A stretch of 64,000 bases of DNA from a virus. The position numbers were made by a program, and so were the translations under genes. Below are positions 49,258-58,940 of the stretch, piece after piece (position 1 is the first letter of the stretch; the number at the start of each line of letters is the position of its first letter). Where the stretch lies: positions 37,923 through 101,922 of the IMG/VR virus record IMGVR_UViG_3300042883_000874; one strand, written 5' to 3'. The notes under the pieces are model-generated. The model saw nothing but the letters and a program-made list of their open reading frames with translations, ran no database searches and was not told where the DNA came from.

Positions 49258-49413
49258 TTATTTTTTGTTTAAATACTGTTTTTCTATTAAAGTAATAGCT
49301 TCTAATACCATCATTCTTGCAGTAAAGCTAGGTTTTTCTTGTTTTAATGAATGTTCTGCTATTTTTAAAGTAGTTAGTATTGTTTCTAAATCTTTTTTGT
49401 CTATACTAAGCAT
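49258..49413 (-). CDS. Small hypothetical protein, 51 aa
   Basis: Translated by hand: MLSIDKKDLETIL... Confidence 0.5.
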   Translation of the reverse strand: MLSIDKKDLETILTTLKIAEHSLKQEKPSFTARMMVLEAITLIEKQYLNKK

Positions 49414-49711
49414 CAAAATTAATATTAGGTAAGTCTAGTTCTTTAGCAACATTAATGTCAATAAAAGATACTCCTGATGGTGGTGCAGGATTAGGAGCAA
49501 ATAAAGTATCTGCTACTGATTGATCTACACACCAAACATTGCCTGATCTATAAGGACTTGTTACATCTGCTGTTTTTGTTTCAACAGCTCCTATTAATAC
49601 AAAGCCTTTAGACATAAGTTCTGTACAGTCATCACAAGGCTTCTTAGCCCATTCAACTGGTTTAGAACTGTCTGCATTCTTTGCACATATTGGGCATATT
49701 TTATTTTCCAT
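49406..49711 (-). CDS. Zinc-finger protein
   Basis: CPIC...CDDC. Confidence 0.6.
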   Translation of the reverse strand: MENKICPICAKNADSSKPVEWAKKPCDDCTELMSKGFVLIGAVETKTADVTSPYRSGNVWCVDQSVADTLFAPNPAPPSGVSFIDINVAKELDLPNINFDA

Positions 49712-49712
49712 A

Positions 49713-50423
49713 TTATTTATATAATTCTTCTAGCATGCTTCTCATAGCTGTTTCATCATGAACTAACTTCATACTTGCTTTATTTTGAGCTAATTTTTGC
49801 ATAAATGTAGTATGATTGTAACTTATACTAGGAGATCTTCTAAATTTAACAAAAGATTTCATAAATTTAGAATTGTTTGTTCCTAAAAATGATATTACAT
49901 CTATTAAATCTGAAGTAACTTTATCAGCATCTTTAGATGTTGCTTTAAATGTACCATTTTTAATAGCATTGTGGTTACTTTCTCCTAAAATTAAAGCAGA
50001 AATAGAGTAACTTAAACCTGTTGCTAGTTTATGTGCTCTTAATTTTTCATATTCTTTGCAACATAGTGTAGCATATGCATTAACATAGTCATCAAGTATC
50101 CATTTTAAGCTAGAATTATTAAGACTAGCCATCATATTCACAATAAAAGGAATATCTTCTGTTTCAACAACTTTACATTGAACAGTTTTCCAATCTACTT
50201 TATGAAGAGCTGCTAACATATGCTGACCATCTATAATATAATAACCTACTTTATTACCATTAAGTTTTGTCTTTGCTATAACAGGTGTTCTTAAAATTCC
50301 ATTATTAAACATTAAACTAAGTAATTTATCTACTTGGCTCATGGTAAGCTTTCTATTGAAAGGTATAGCTTTAACTTCTTTTATTTGTAGTTTTTCAATT
50401 GGGTGATCTATAATATTTTTCAT
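49713..50423 (-). CDS. ParB/Srx-like N-terminal domain protein
   Basis: FNR...YIIDGQH.LAAL...LNNSSLKW. Confidence 0.7.
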   Translation of the reverse strand: MKNIIDHPIEKLQIKEVKAIPFNRKLTMSQVDKLLSLMFNNGILRTPVIAKTKLNGNKVGYYIIDGQHMLAALHKVDWKTVQCKVVETEDIPFIVNMMASLNNSSLKWILDDYVNAYATLCCKEYEKLRAHKLATGLSYSISALILGESNHNAIKNGTFKATSKDADKVTSDLIDVISFLGTNNSKFMKSFVKFRRSPSISYNHTTFMQKLAQNKASMKLVHDETAMRSMLEELYK

Positions 50424-50454
50424 GTCTCTGTCTTTTTAAGTTTTTAATTAATTT

Positions 50455-50865
50455 TTAAGTTATTCTTTTTATACTGTAACCTTTTTCCATAGCAAATTCT
50501 CTATGATTTTCTACATACTCATGACAGTTATGGCATAAGGCTAACCAATTAGTCTCATCAAGTAGATCATTTCCAATCCTACCTTTCTTATGATGAACTT
50601 CAGTAGCCTGACCTTTACATACTCCTTGAATATTAGCTTGACACATAGGGAATTCTAATAAGAACAATACTCTCTTAGCAGAGTATAGTTTTTCTTCTTT
50701 AGATCTTTTCTGGGACCGGGGAGCAATAGGCTTTGCTTTAATTGTTGGTTTTTTCATGTCAACTCCAGTAGTTGAACACTTTTTGCAAAGTTTCTCACCA
50801 CCCCGGCTTGTCCAGATAAAAGATTCAAGATTGCATTTACTACAAATCTTTTTTTTCTGTATCAT
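50455..50865 (-). CDS. HNH-family Zn-finger nuclease; likely start 50865
   Basis: CSKC, CKKC; CQANI..C...EVHH...NWLALCHNCH. Confidence 0.75.
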   Translation of the reverse strand: MIQKKKICSKCNLESFIWTSRGGEKLCKKCSTTGVDMKKPTIKAKPIAPRSQKRSKEEKLYSAKRVLFLLEFPMCQANIQGVCKGQATEVHHKKGRIGNDLLDETNWLALCHNCHEYVENHREFAMEKGYSIKRIT

Positions 50866-51082
50866 TTTCAGGTGCTTTAGTCTCAAGTACTTCTCTTGTT
50901 GCTGATTTCTTACAAATAAGAACACCATTTCTAAAAGTTTTACTAAGAACTGTTACAGCTGATCTAATTTCATTAAGGTCATTGTCTTGCTTCATCATTT
51001 GTTTTAATAAAGCTTCTTCAGCTTCATTCTCTGGAGCAAAAAGCAAGGATACTCCACCATTTACTATAAATTCTACTTGCAT
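50840..51082 (-). CDS. Hypothetical protein
   Basis: ORF. Confidence 0.55.
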   Translation of the reverse strand: MQVEFIVNGGVSLLFAPENEAEEALLKQMMKQDNDLNEIRSAVTVLSKTFRNGVLICKKSATREVLETKAPENDTEKKDL

Positions 51083-51492
51083 AATTCTGTTGGGGTTAGT
51101 TGGTTAAAATTCTTAGGTAATACTTTTCTTTCAATAAGTCTTGCTATTACTAATGGTTTGTTAATCTTTAGCATCTTGAATGACATGTTGTTTACATGAT
51201 CAGGATGACCTTCAGTACCAAAATAATTTACTAAACTGTTTGTTATCTCCATTCCAGGAAATATTCTTACAAAAAACTCATTAGCAAGTTGGTTAGTTAC
51301 TTCTTGTTTAAGTAAATTTACAACAACTTGACATTTTTTATAGGACTTGTTAATTCTTTTTTTCTTTTCTATACTCATCTTTGAGATCTCATCCTGTGAA
51401 TATATACTCAAGCCAAATAAAGCTCTATTGTATAAAAAATTCTGATAAGAATTGTAGGGATCTTTTTCAAATCTACTTGGTTTTGTTTGCAT
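51073..51492 (-). CDS. Hypothetical protein
   Basis: ORF. Confidence 0.6.
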   Translation of the reverse strand: MQTKPSRFEKDPYNSYQNFLYNRALFGLSIYSQDEISKMSIEKKKRINKSYKKCQVVVNLLKQEVTNQLANEFFVRIFPGMEITNSLVNYFGTEGHPDHVNNMSFKMLKINKPLVIARLIERKVLPKNFNQLTPTELCK

Positions 51493-51512
51493 GTTTCTTT
51501 AGTTAAAATGTT

Positions 51513-51546
51513 AAAAAAAAAGGGGTAGAATTATTATCCTACCCCT
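51513..51546 (-). terminator. Intrinsic terminator
   Basis: AGGGGTAG..CTACCCCT hairpin followed by a long U-run. Confidence 0.8.
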
Positions 51547-51573
51547 ATTATTTATTTATTTGTTTGTTTACAA

Positions 51574-52035
51574 TTATAGATCTGTTAAATCTGATACTAC
51601 ATTTTCAGATACTTGAGCATAAGCTGCTTTAATATCTTCTGTGTTGTTGTGTGCAATTACTACATCTTCAGTTGAAGAGCTTAATGTATAGAAAGTCTTT
51701 CTATAAACTGGTTGTCCATCTACACAACATACTACACCTGTTTTACCAGCAATTTTGTAGTCACGCTCAGGGTTATTCATGTTGAATGGCTCTAAACTTT
51801 CTTTGAATGCAATCTTGCCTGGTAATTCTTTACCTGCAGACCAGTTGAATGATTTTAAATCTTCTACTGTGCCATGTACTAATGCACTGATTGCTTTTTT
51901 TCTAGTAAAACCATTCTCATCAAATGATGATTTTACTTGTTGTAATCTGATGTGTCCCCACTCTGTGTTGTTTTTAGAGATGATTACTACTGCTCCTGTT
52001 GATTCATCTGCTGTTACTGTTACTTTTGAGTTCAT
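51574..52035 (-). CDS. Hypothetical beta-rich protein flanked by terminators
   Basis: ORF with long A-rich leader. Confidence 0.6.
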   Translation of the reverse strand: MNSKVTVTADESTGAVVIISKNNTEWGHIRLQQVKSSFDENGFTRKKAISALVHGTVEDLKSFNWSAGKELPGKIAFKESLEPFNMNNPERDYKIAGKTGVVCCVDGQPVYRKTFYTLSSSTEDVVIAHNNTEDIKAAYAQVSENVVSDLTDL

Positions 52036-52097
52036 GATTTTTGGTTTTTAATTGTTAATTGTTAATTGATTTTTGAGTCAGGGTTTATTATAAATGC

Positions 52098-52121
52098 AAA
52101 AAACCAGGAGACTCATCCTGG
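52098..52121 (-). terminator. Intrinsic terminator
   Basis: CCAGGA..TCCTGG hairpin followed by U6. Confidence 0.7.
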
Positions 52122-52155
52122 CTTCAACATATTAATACTATTGTGCACATAGTAT

Positions 52156-52458
52156 TTAATCTGGGTCTTCTGATACATCTTCTATATTAACTATAGTTTC
52201 TATATCATCTACTGTTAGAGTGTTAATTGATATATCTAATGAGGAGATCATCTCTTCACTATCTAGATCATAGTCTAAAGTAATTTCTTTTTCTTTGATA
52301 ACTTTAGTTTCTTTCTTAATTGATGAATCATGCCAATGAGAAGTGGGGTAACTCCCTATATTCATACCATTCAAATCTTGTAGATCTGTATCTGACAAGC
52401 TAAGGTATTCTTCTATTGATAAATGGACTACCTTTCCATTTGGCATTTGAATTATCAT
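52156..52458 (-). CDS. Acidic hypothetical protein
   Basis: MIIQMPNGKVVHLSIEEYL. Confidence 0.6.
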   Translation of the reverse strand: MIIQMPNGKVVHLSIEEYLSLSDTDLQDLNGMNIGSYPTSHWHDSSIKKETKVIKEKEITLDYDLDSEEMISSLDISINTLTVDDIETIVNIEDVSEDPD

Positions 52459-52461
52459 TGT

Positions 52462-52692
52462 CTATAAGAAACTAATGGTTAATCCTAGGATAATTGTTAC
52501 AACTACAATAGCCCAAGCTAACATAGTAGTAATTTTGTTTAAAGAGACTAGATCTTTTCTTAAAGTATCAACTGTTTCTTCATATTTTTCTAAATATACA
52601 TACTTTCTCTTCTTCTTAAAAGAGCTTTTTTCTTCATTAAAAGCTAAGTCTATGTTTTTCCAGCTAGCTTCTTCTTTTTTATTTAAGTCCAT
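52462..52692 (-). CDS. Small membrane protein
   Basis: C-terminal TM helix; TATATTTG at 52707-52714. Confidence 0.6.
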   Translation of the reverse strand: MDLNKKEEASWKNIDLAFNEEKSSFKKKRKYVYLEKYEETVDTLRKDLVSLNKITTMLAWAIVVVTIILGLTISFL

Positions 52693-52724
52693 AATAATTT
52701 TTTTAACAAATATACAAATTATTT

Positions 52725-53216
52725 TTAAGATGCTATATCTTCATTATTTATTTGTAATTCTTCCAGCTCATCTAATACATCTACTAGATTTTCTACTTTT
52801 TTAAATATATATTTTCCTTCTACATAATAAGTTTCATCTAAAACTTCTTCTGTATCTTTTTTTACATATTTAAAACTGATATTATAAGGAGCTGCATTAT
52901 ATTTATCAACACTAGTTATTTCACAAGGTATACATTGACCTAATGCACCTGGTAATTTTAAAGTAGAATCTTTATTCATTCTCCAAGATGTTAGATTAGA
53001 AATATCTATGTATACCCAGTCACCTTCTTTGTAATTAAATTCAGGATACATTCCTAGTAAACCTTTATAAATTTGTTCTAAAGCTATATTACTTTTAGAA
53101 AGATGACCTACTATTAGTTCAGCAAACTTTTGTTTATCTTTTATAACTAAATGTTTTTCTAGTAATTGCTCTATGTCTTCTATTGTTATTTCTACACTTA
53201 TTGATTTTATTGCCAT
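52725..53216 (-). CDS. Hypothetical protein
   Basis: ORF. Confidence 0.6.
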   Translation of the reverse strand: MAIKSISVEITIEDIEQLLEKHLVIKDKQKFAELIVGHLSKSNIALEQIYKGLLGMYPEFNYKEGDWVYIDISNLTSWRMNKDSTLKLPGALGQCIPCEITSVDKYNAAPYNISFKYVKKDTEEVLDETYYVEGKYIFKKVENLVDVLDELEELQINNEDIAS

Positions 53217-53500
53217 TAGTCTAGTATTGATCCTTCAAATTTGTTTATATAAGCTTTTACTTCCTCTAAAAACTTATAGGTACTTGTCTCTTCTATAGAA
53301 GATTTGGTTACACCACTGGCCACTAATTTTTTATGAGATATAATTAACTGTTTATACAAGAACTTAGTTGTAATTAAAGCATGCTGCTTAGCATTGCTCA
53401 TATCATAATCAGCATAAGTTTTATAGTTCTCAATATAATGTTGTCTCATTAACTCTTTAGCTGTTTCTTCAGCTGTTAATACCTTGTTAAGTTCTATCAT
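53216..53500 (-). CDS. Hypothetical protein
   Basis: ORF. Confidence 0.55.
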   Translation of the reverse strand: MIELNKVLTAEETAKELMRQHYIENYKTYADYDMSNAKQHALITTKFLYKQLIISHKKLVASGVTKSSIEETSTYKFLEEVKAYINKFEGSILD

Positions 53501-53543
53501 ATCAGTCTTGTTTTTAGTTAATCCTCAATTCGCGAATTGCAAA

Positions 53544-54011
53544 TTAGTTCTGTGGTAAGTAAATAAAGTGCTCTTTGTACTTTCTTTGGTCTTCTAGATA
53601 TGTCTCAAATGTAATAAAGTAATCATTTATACTACCTTTAGTATTTCTTTCAAGTTTTACTATTACATAAGTATCTTTATCTAAACTATACTCCCAAAGT
53701 TCATCTTTTCTAGTGACTTTATATTGTTCATTATATGTCAATATTAAAGAAGGTAGTCTAAACTTGTGATACTTAAACATACAGGTTGTAATTGTTTCTA
53801 AGGAATCAGTTAAGTAATAATATTCTTGAAATCCAAAGTCTGCATTAAAATACCTGATGTTTGGTTCTGTTGGGTCTTCCCAGTCATATACTCTATAAAA
53901 TGTAACATCTGGATATTTCTCACTTAATGTAGCCATTTTAATACCTAAGTCTGTTTGAGAAAATATACTTAAGTTACTGATTATCAGTAGTATAGTTAAT
54001 AATTGTTTCAT
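53544..54011 (-). CDS. Secreted protein with signal peptide
   Basis: MKQLLTILLIISNLSIFS-Q, Bacteroidota-type SPI with Gln at +1. Confidence 0.6.
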   Translation of the reverse strand: MKQLLTILLIISNLSIFSQTDLGIKMATLSEKYPDVTFYRVYDWEDPTEPNIRYFNADFGFQEYYYLTDSLETITTCMFKYHKFRLPSLILTYNEQYKVTRKDELWEYSLDKDTYVIVKLERNTKGSINDYFITFETYLEDQRKYKEHFIYLPQN

Positions 54012-54238
54012 GATATGTCTCCTATTGTTACATCATCTGCTTCATCTTCTTTTAAAGACTTTCTAGTCTGTAATAACTTATGTGTCTTGTTTGACATAAG
54101 TAAAAAATCATAAGTGTATTCTCCCTTGGGAGTAGTTGCTCCTAGTTTATTATCAATAAGGTAATTTTCCATAGTTTGAATACTTTTTAAGTATTGATCT
54201 TTGATGTATTGTGCTCTATAACTGTCTGTGTCTGTCAT
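54008..54238 (-). CDS. Hypothetical protein; start 54238
   Basis: The longer track start overlaps the tRNA. Confidence 0.5.
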   Translation of the reverse strand: MTDTDSYRAQYIKDQYLKSIQTMENYLIDNKLGATTPKGEYTYDFLLMSNKTHKLLQTRKSLKEDEADDVTIGDIS

Positions 54239-54256
54239 AATATTTAGTTTAGTTTG

Positions 54257-54329
54257 TGATCCTGCCAAGATTTGAACTTGGAGCCTATACATTAGAAGTG
54301 TATTGCTCTTCCATTTGAGCTACAGGACC
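54257..54329 (-). tRNA. tRNA-Arg(UCU), CCA not encoded
   Basis: GGTCCTG/CAGGATC acceptor stem, TAGCTCAAATGGAAGAGC D-arm, ATACA-CTTCTAA-TGTAT anticodon arm, CCAAG-TTCAAAT-CTTGG T-arm. Confidence 0.92.
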
Positions 54330-54516
54330 AATAAGGTGTGGGTGTGTGAATACTAAAAACTACCACATTAAAAATACCCACCTTTTTCACCCACAATATT
54401 TTCAATTAGTTTTTGACCAAAATAAGATTTTGCAAATATAGCATTATTTCTTAAATAGTGTAATTGTACTTTTTTGTATGAAGATACTGCTGTTGTTTTC
54501 TTTAATACTTGAAATA

Positions 54517-54909
54517 TCATACTGAAAAATGTTTAAAGGCTAGATAAGCCAATAAGAAAGCACATATTACTGATTTTGTAGTAATTAAACCCATAGTTTG
54601 ATAATAAGTTTTATTTCTTTTAACTAATTCAGTAATTAAATTAACTAAAATTATTGCTATAAATATTCTGTCATAACTTGTAAAGAACATTCCAACATAT
54701 AACCAAACAATATACATGATACCAATAAGATTAAAGTATCTAACATTAATATGGATTACTGTGTCATCTTTAGTTATCATCTTTGAATTATAAAGCTTAT
54801 AAGGCTTAGCAATATTATACAGTTCATACATAAGAAATACTAGGGTCAATAGGTAATATATTTTTATCATAATATTAGTTATATAAGAATGTATACAACC
54901 AGGCTTCAT
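54517..54909 (-). CDS. Multi-pass membrane protein
   Basis: About four hydrophobic helices. Confidence 0.6.
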   Translation of the reverse strand: MKPGCIHSYITNIMIKIYYLLTLVFLMYELYNIAKPYKLYNSKMITKDDTVIHINVRYFNLIGIMYIVWLYVGMFFTSYDRIFIAIILVNLITELVKRNKTYYQTMGLITTKSVICAFLLAYLAFKHFSV

Positions 54910-54989
54910 TAGCTAGCTGCAATTGGATTAAGGACATATAATAATTTTCTTCTACTGTTTTCATAATGTATAGTTTTTAGTTAGTTATT

Positions 54990-55410
54990 TAAAAAATACT
55001 AGTCTTTCCTAGCAGCCAGTCTTTGATATCCATGATCTTATGAATTTAAAGGTCTGATGTTCTACATTAAAGGTAACAAATTTTAGGAATATTCAACCTA
55101 CTGGGTTATACCTATTAATACGATGGATAACCTTCTCACCCTCTGACAAGAGAGTGTATATATGACCTACCCCAGAAAAGTTTGCCCCAGCTGAGATTAC
55201 ACTGAGGACTAGATGTTAAAGCGGTTTTTTCCTTTTAAAAACTTACTTAGATCTTACTCATGATAAAAAGGTCAACACTAACCTCATGCTCCGTGCCAGG
55301 GCTTTAGAGAGGTCCTCCTTGATTATAGTGAGTTCAGAAAGTACTTTCTTGGGGGCTCACTAATAGGATTGTTCAAAGGGGTCCTATTATCCCCTTAAGG
55401 TATCTCTTAC
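54990..55410 (-). ncRNA. Candidate structured non-coding RNA (~420 nt)
   Basis: No long ORF, GC-richer than flanks, multiple stems, ends in a hairpin plus U-run. Confidence 0.45.
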
Positions 55411-55545
55411 CTAGTATCTACACTTTTTACAGTTCAATTTATGATACTGAGCTTGAATCCAAACACCTAGTAATACTAATAGTACTATTGGAGTACCTAT
55501 TAATATTCCTAGTGCTACCCAAGTATAAAATAATATTTTTCTCAT
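55411..55545 (-). CDS. Small membrane peptide, 44 aa, with C-terminal CKKC
   Basis: Translated by hand: MRKILFYTWVALGILIG...NCKKCRY. Confidence 0.5.
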   Translation of the reverse strand: MRKILFYTWVALGILIGTPIVLLVLLGVWIQAQYHKLNCKKCRY

Positions 55546-55946
55546 TTTCCTGCTAGTACTAATGTTTCATCAATAGAAGTAATAAGAGTTTCTTCACCAG
55601 TATATACTAAATTAATGCTTTTATTTGATTTAAAGTCTACATCAATAATAATCTCAGCATTATCATAAGCTATAAAGCTCATATATTTGATTTTACCATC
55701 TTTGTTTTCAAATTTTAGGACATATTCTTTATTAAGACTAAAACCTATCTTATAGTTTCTTCTACTAACGGCAGAAGTTACTATTTTGTACTCATTGTTA
55801 TCTAATACTTCATATAGTGTATATGAAACAGAAGATTGGTTTAAAAATACACCTTCTATAAAGGCTTCTGGCTGTTTTGCAGCATTTACATTTAATGTGA
55901 TAAAGCATATAAGCAATATCATGATTGATTTGATTGTTGTTTTCAT
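55542..55946 (-). CDS. Secreted beta-sandwich-like protein
   Basis: Signal peptide ending VNA. Confidence 0.6.
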   Translation of the reverse strand: MKTTIKSIMILLICFITLNVNAAKQPEAFIEGVFLNQSSVSYTLYEVLDNNEYKIVTSAVSRRNYKIGFSLNKEYVLKFENKDGKIKYMSFIAYDNAEIIIDVDFKSNKSINLVYTGEETLITSIDETLVLAGK

Positions 55947-56172
55947 GTTTGGTTTGTTTTAATTGTTTTACTTACTAATAGTATCTTTTACTATAGTATC
56001 TTTTTGTTGAATAAATAAGTTATAAGAATTTTGCAAATGTTCTGGGTGAGTCTTAGCATACTCTGTTTCTTCCATCATAGGAATTGATATAATAAAACAT
56101 AATAAACATGCTACACCTAGTATTATAAAGATAGTTTTCATGATTATTTTGATTAATTAGTTAATATATTAG

Positions 56173-56409
56173 CTACCACTTACCACTGTTAGTTATACAA
56201 TATCTACTTCCTACATGAGCATTCATCCAATCACCTGCTGATAAAGTAAATGTTTTATTACTATTACTGCATTCATTCTTAATAACTACTGAGTAATCAG
56301 CAACATTATCAGATTGAACTATTCCACAATTACAGGGTCCTTCATCTTCTTTTTTCTTGCAAGAGCTAATTAAAGCTACAATTGCAATTGACATTATTAT
56401 TTTTTTCAT
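56173..56409 (-). CDS. Lipoprotein
   Basis: Lipobox ISS-C followed by KKKEDE; four further Cys. Confidence 0.75.
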   Translation of the reverse strand: MKKIIMSIAIVALISSCKKKEDEGPCNCGIVQSDNVADYSVVIKNECSNSNKTFTLSAGDWMNAHVGSRYCITNSGKW

Positions 56410-56411
56410 AT

Positions 56412-56807
56412 TTATTTGTTTTTAATTATTTCTATTAGTTTATCTAAACAAGCTTGTTCTGCTTCTTCGTGAGTGTTATATATCTCATTCCACACATTGA
56501 GATAATGATCTTTTTTCCAAATACTACCTTCAAACTTATTATCAGGTTCATCATCTTGATATACAACACTATAAAATAAATCATACTTCTCTCTAAACCA
56601 TCTAAATGCTTGTTGGTATAGTGGTGCACCAAACCATTTTAACCTACCATGTTTCTGAAAAGGTGTATAATCTCCTGAAGCATCTCGCATCACATTGAAA
56701 TAAAAAGCATCTGTATTTTTACCATCCCAAAAAGCCAAACAAGGTTCATCAAATCCTAATTCTTTTAAAGCTACTGCTTGGATGTAGCTAACAAACTCAT
56801 TTTCCAT
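56412..56807 (-). CDS. Phage protein (FVSY.QA..LK.LGF.EPC family)
   Basis: Motif shared with 58957-59223. Confidence 0.7.
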   Translation of the reverse strand: MENEFVSYIQAVALKELGFDEPCLAFWDGKNTDAFYFNVMRDASGDYTPFQKHGRLKWFGAPLYQQAFRWFREKYDLFYSVVYQDDEPDNKFEGSIWKKDHYLNVWNEIYNTHEEAEQACLDKLIEIIKNK

Positions 56808-56808
56808 G

Positions 56809-57069
56809 TTATTTTATATTAGTTAGTAATTCTTCCCATTCTTCTTTTTTAATATAACCTGTTTCACCTGCATAATACTTAGATTGTTGTAAATCTTTTA
56901 TTTTTTCAACATGTAGTTTAGCAAATTCTAGTAACATCTGATCTAAAAGATTATCTTCATATTTTTTTTGAGGTTTACCATCCCCAAGACCTTTACCTTT
57001 TATATTAACACATCCATTGGGGATATATTTGAGACGAGTCTCTTCTGCTGTTGGTATGTTATTTTCCAT
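56809..57069 (-). CDS. Hypothetical protein
   Basis: IPTAEE...EFAKLHV. Confidence 0.55.
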   Translation of the reverse strand: MENNIPTAEETRLKYIPNGCVNIKGKGLGDGKPQKKYEDNLLDQMLLEFAKLHVEKIKDLQQSKYYAGETGYIKKEEWEELLTNIK

Positions 57070-57176
57070 TGTCTACAGGTTTAGGTGTACATACATGACC
57101 ATCACTCCACTTGATTCCTGGAGGAGGTGTTAATTCTGGTGAGCTGTACTTGGTACCACACTCACTACATATAAAG

Positions 57177-57668
57177 TTATTCATTGGTTTGTTTTTTAAT
57201 TGGTGGATTATAGTTATCTCTAAGATGTTCAAATAAAGACCAAGCATATGATGCATTTTTATTATCTCTAAATTCTTTCCATATAACATCCCATGCTTGT
57301 TCTTTTAATTGAACAAGTCTAGTAGGATATGCATCATTTTCTGTAAGAGGTCTTGTTGCTTTATCTACAAGTTTAGCACAGTAATTCACATGACCTAGAT
57401 TATCTGTGCTATACCCATCATTACAGCAAGCTACAAAATGAGTTATATCAGCATTTCTATGACATGCACAATTACATATTTCTCTGTTGTCAAAGATATT
57501 AAATTCTACTTCTTGACCTTTATCAGAATCAGATAATCCTGGGCCATTTACATAGCCATGATCTAATATAGGTAGTGAGTTTTGATTTTTCTTTACAATG
57601 TTTTCTCCAATAACTTCATCATAAATTACTATCCATCCTTGTTCTGTTTTATGCAGTGTTCCTTTCAT
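57177..57668 (-). CDS. Hypothetical protein with CNCACH...CC cluster
   Basis: ORF. Confidence 0.55.
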   Translation of the reverse strand: MKGTLHKTEQGWIVIYDEVIGENIVKKNQNSLPILDHGYVNGPGLSDSDKGQEVEFNIFDNREICNCACHRNADITHFVACCNDGYSTDNLGHVNYCAKLVDKATRPLTENDAYPTRLVQLKEQAWDVIWKEFRDNKNASYAWSLFEHLRDNYNPPIKKQTNE

Positions 57669-57732
57669 ATTATTTAATTTATAAGGTTATACTCTGTTTT
57701 TATTTTGTATTTATAAGGTTATAGCCTTATAT

Positions 57733-57978
57733 TTAATGTTTTGTATAGTAAGTGAATATATCTTTATATGCACAATATATACCAAGTACAAATATTCCAA
57801 TTACAGCAAGTCCTATGCAGCCAATAAACCATGTAGCAACATGGTCACGATTTTTCCTGGTCACATTAAGAAGTTTATCAATTAAAAGTCCTGTAAGGTA
57901 GGGTAGCCCTATAAATACAACTGCTACTATTATTAATGTTATTATTGTTTCTAAGTGTATTATTAAATTATCTTTCAT
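57733..57978 (-). CDS. Two-TM membrane protein
   Basis: Two hydrophobic helices. Confidence 0.55.
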   Translation of the reverse strand: MKDNLIIHLETIITLIIVAVVFIGLPYLTGLLIDKLLNVTRKNRDHVATWFIGCIGLAVIGIFVLGIYCAYKDIFTYYTKH

Positions 57979-57979
57979 A

Positions 57980-58258
57980 TTAGTCTTGTTTGTTTAGTGA
58001 GTTAATGAATGAGTCAAAATCTTTTATATTATCAGGTACACCATGCCCTCTACCACTATTAAAAGCATTCTCTAAATCTTCCTCTGTGTATTTCTTATCA
58101 GCCATATCTGTTTTACACTGCTCATAACCATCCACAAAATGACCTAAAATTTTTTCATATTTATTAAATGTAGCTTGACTTTTAATTCTACATTTAGTAG
58201 AAGCATATCTATGACCCTTAATCAATATATCATTTCTTATTTCTTCAGGTGTTTTCAT
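57980..58258 (-). CDS. Hypothetical protein
   Basis: ORF. Confidence 0.55.
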   Translation of the reverse strand: MKTPEEIRNDILIKGHRYASTKCRIKSQATFNKYEKILGHFVDGYEQCKTDMADKKYTEEDLENAFNSGRGHGVPDNIKDFDSFINSLNKQD

Positions 58259-58531
58259 ATTATTTATTTTTGTTTAATATTATCCACAAATCATTATAAT
58301 CTGTGGATAATACTCATGATTAATACTCTTGTACTTCTCCACCATCATATGTATCTTGAGGCAAAGGCTGTTGTTCATACTTACTGATTAAATAATTTAA
58401 GTAATCATCTAGAATTTGTTCCATGTCTATCATATGTTTATAATTTTAGGGTTAGTAATAAGAACTATTTTATGATAATTGTATCATAATATGCAGTATA
58501 TTGCATAAAACTGTGTCATTTTTGTAATTCT

Positions 58532-58732
58532 TCAATTCTCTTTGCCATTAGTTATATCTTTTAGTTGGTTAAGTATACTTTCTGATTTTTTACCCCAAAA
58601 CATCTCACACTTATCTTGGTCTCTAGGAGAATCAATAAAATATGATTGCATTTCTGGGTCTGCTTCACAGGTGAATCTGTAACAAAGTTCCTTTAAAGGA
58701 CATGTGTCATCTTTACATTTAGTTATATCCAT
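58532..58732 (-). CDS. Small Cys-rich protein
   Basis: DITKC....CPLKELCYRF...QSYF...C. Confidence 0.65.
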   Translation of the reverse strand: MDITKCKDDTCPLKELCYRFTCEADPEMQSYFIDSPRDQDKCEMFWGKKSESILNQLKDITNGKEN

Positions 58733-58761
58733 GTTATTTCTTTTAAGTTATTGATTAGATA

Positions 58762-58940
58762 ATCTACTACTTAACCCACAAACAAACAGATAACTATTTG
58801 ATTGACAGTGGAATTAAGTAATAGATGTTTAAAGATTAATCTAAGCACAAGTTATAACTTCCTACTTCAAAAAAAAGCCTAAGCCACTAGAGGAGGAATA
58901 ATAAGGTACTAGATACTTATATTATAACTGTGCATTAGAT
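58762..58940. ncRNA. Tandem long stem-loops, candidate small RNA
   Basis: 58762-58779 pairs with 58808-58826; 58839-58857 pairs with 58922-58940. Confidence 0.4.

Noticed and set aside
54239-54292. N-terminal extension of ORF 54008-54292
   Set aside because: Overlaps the tRNA; ATG 54238 is more plausible
57677-57723. 15-bp direct repeat ATTTATAAGGTTATA
   Set aside because: Only two AT-rich copies; no supportable function
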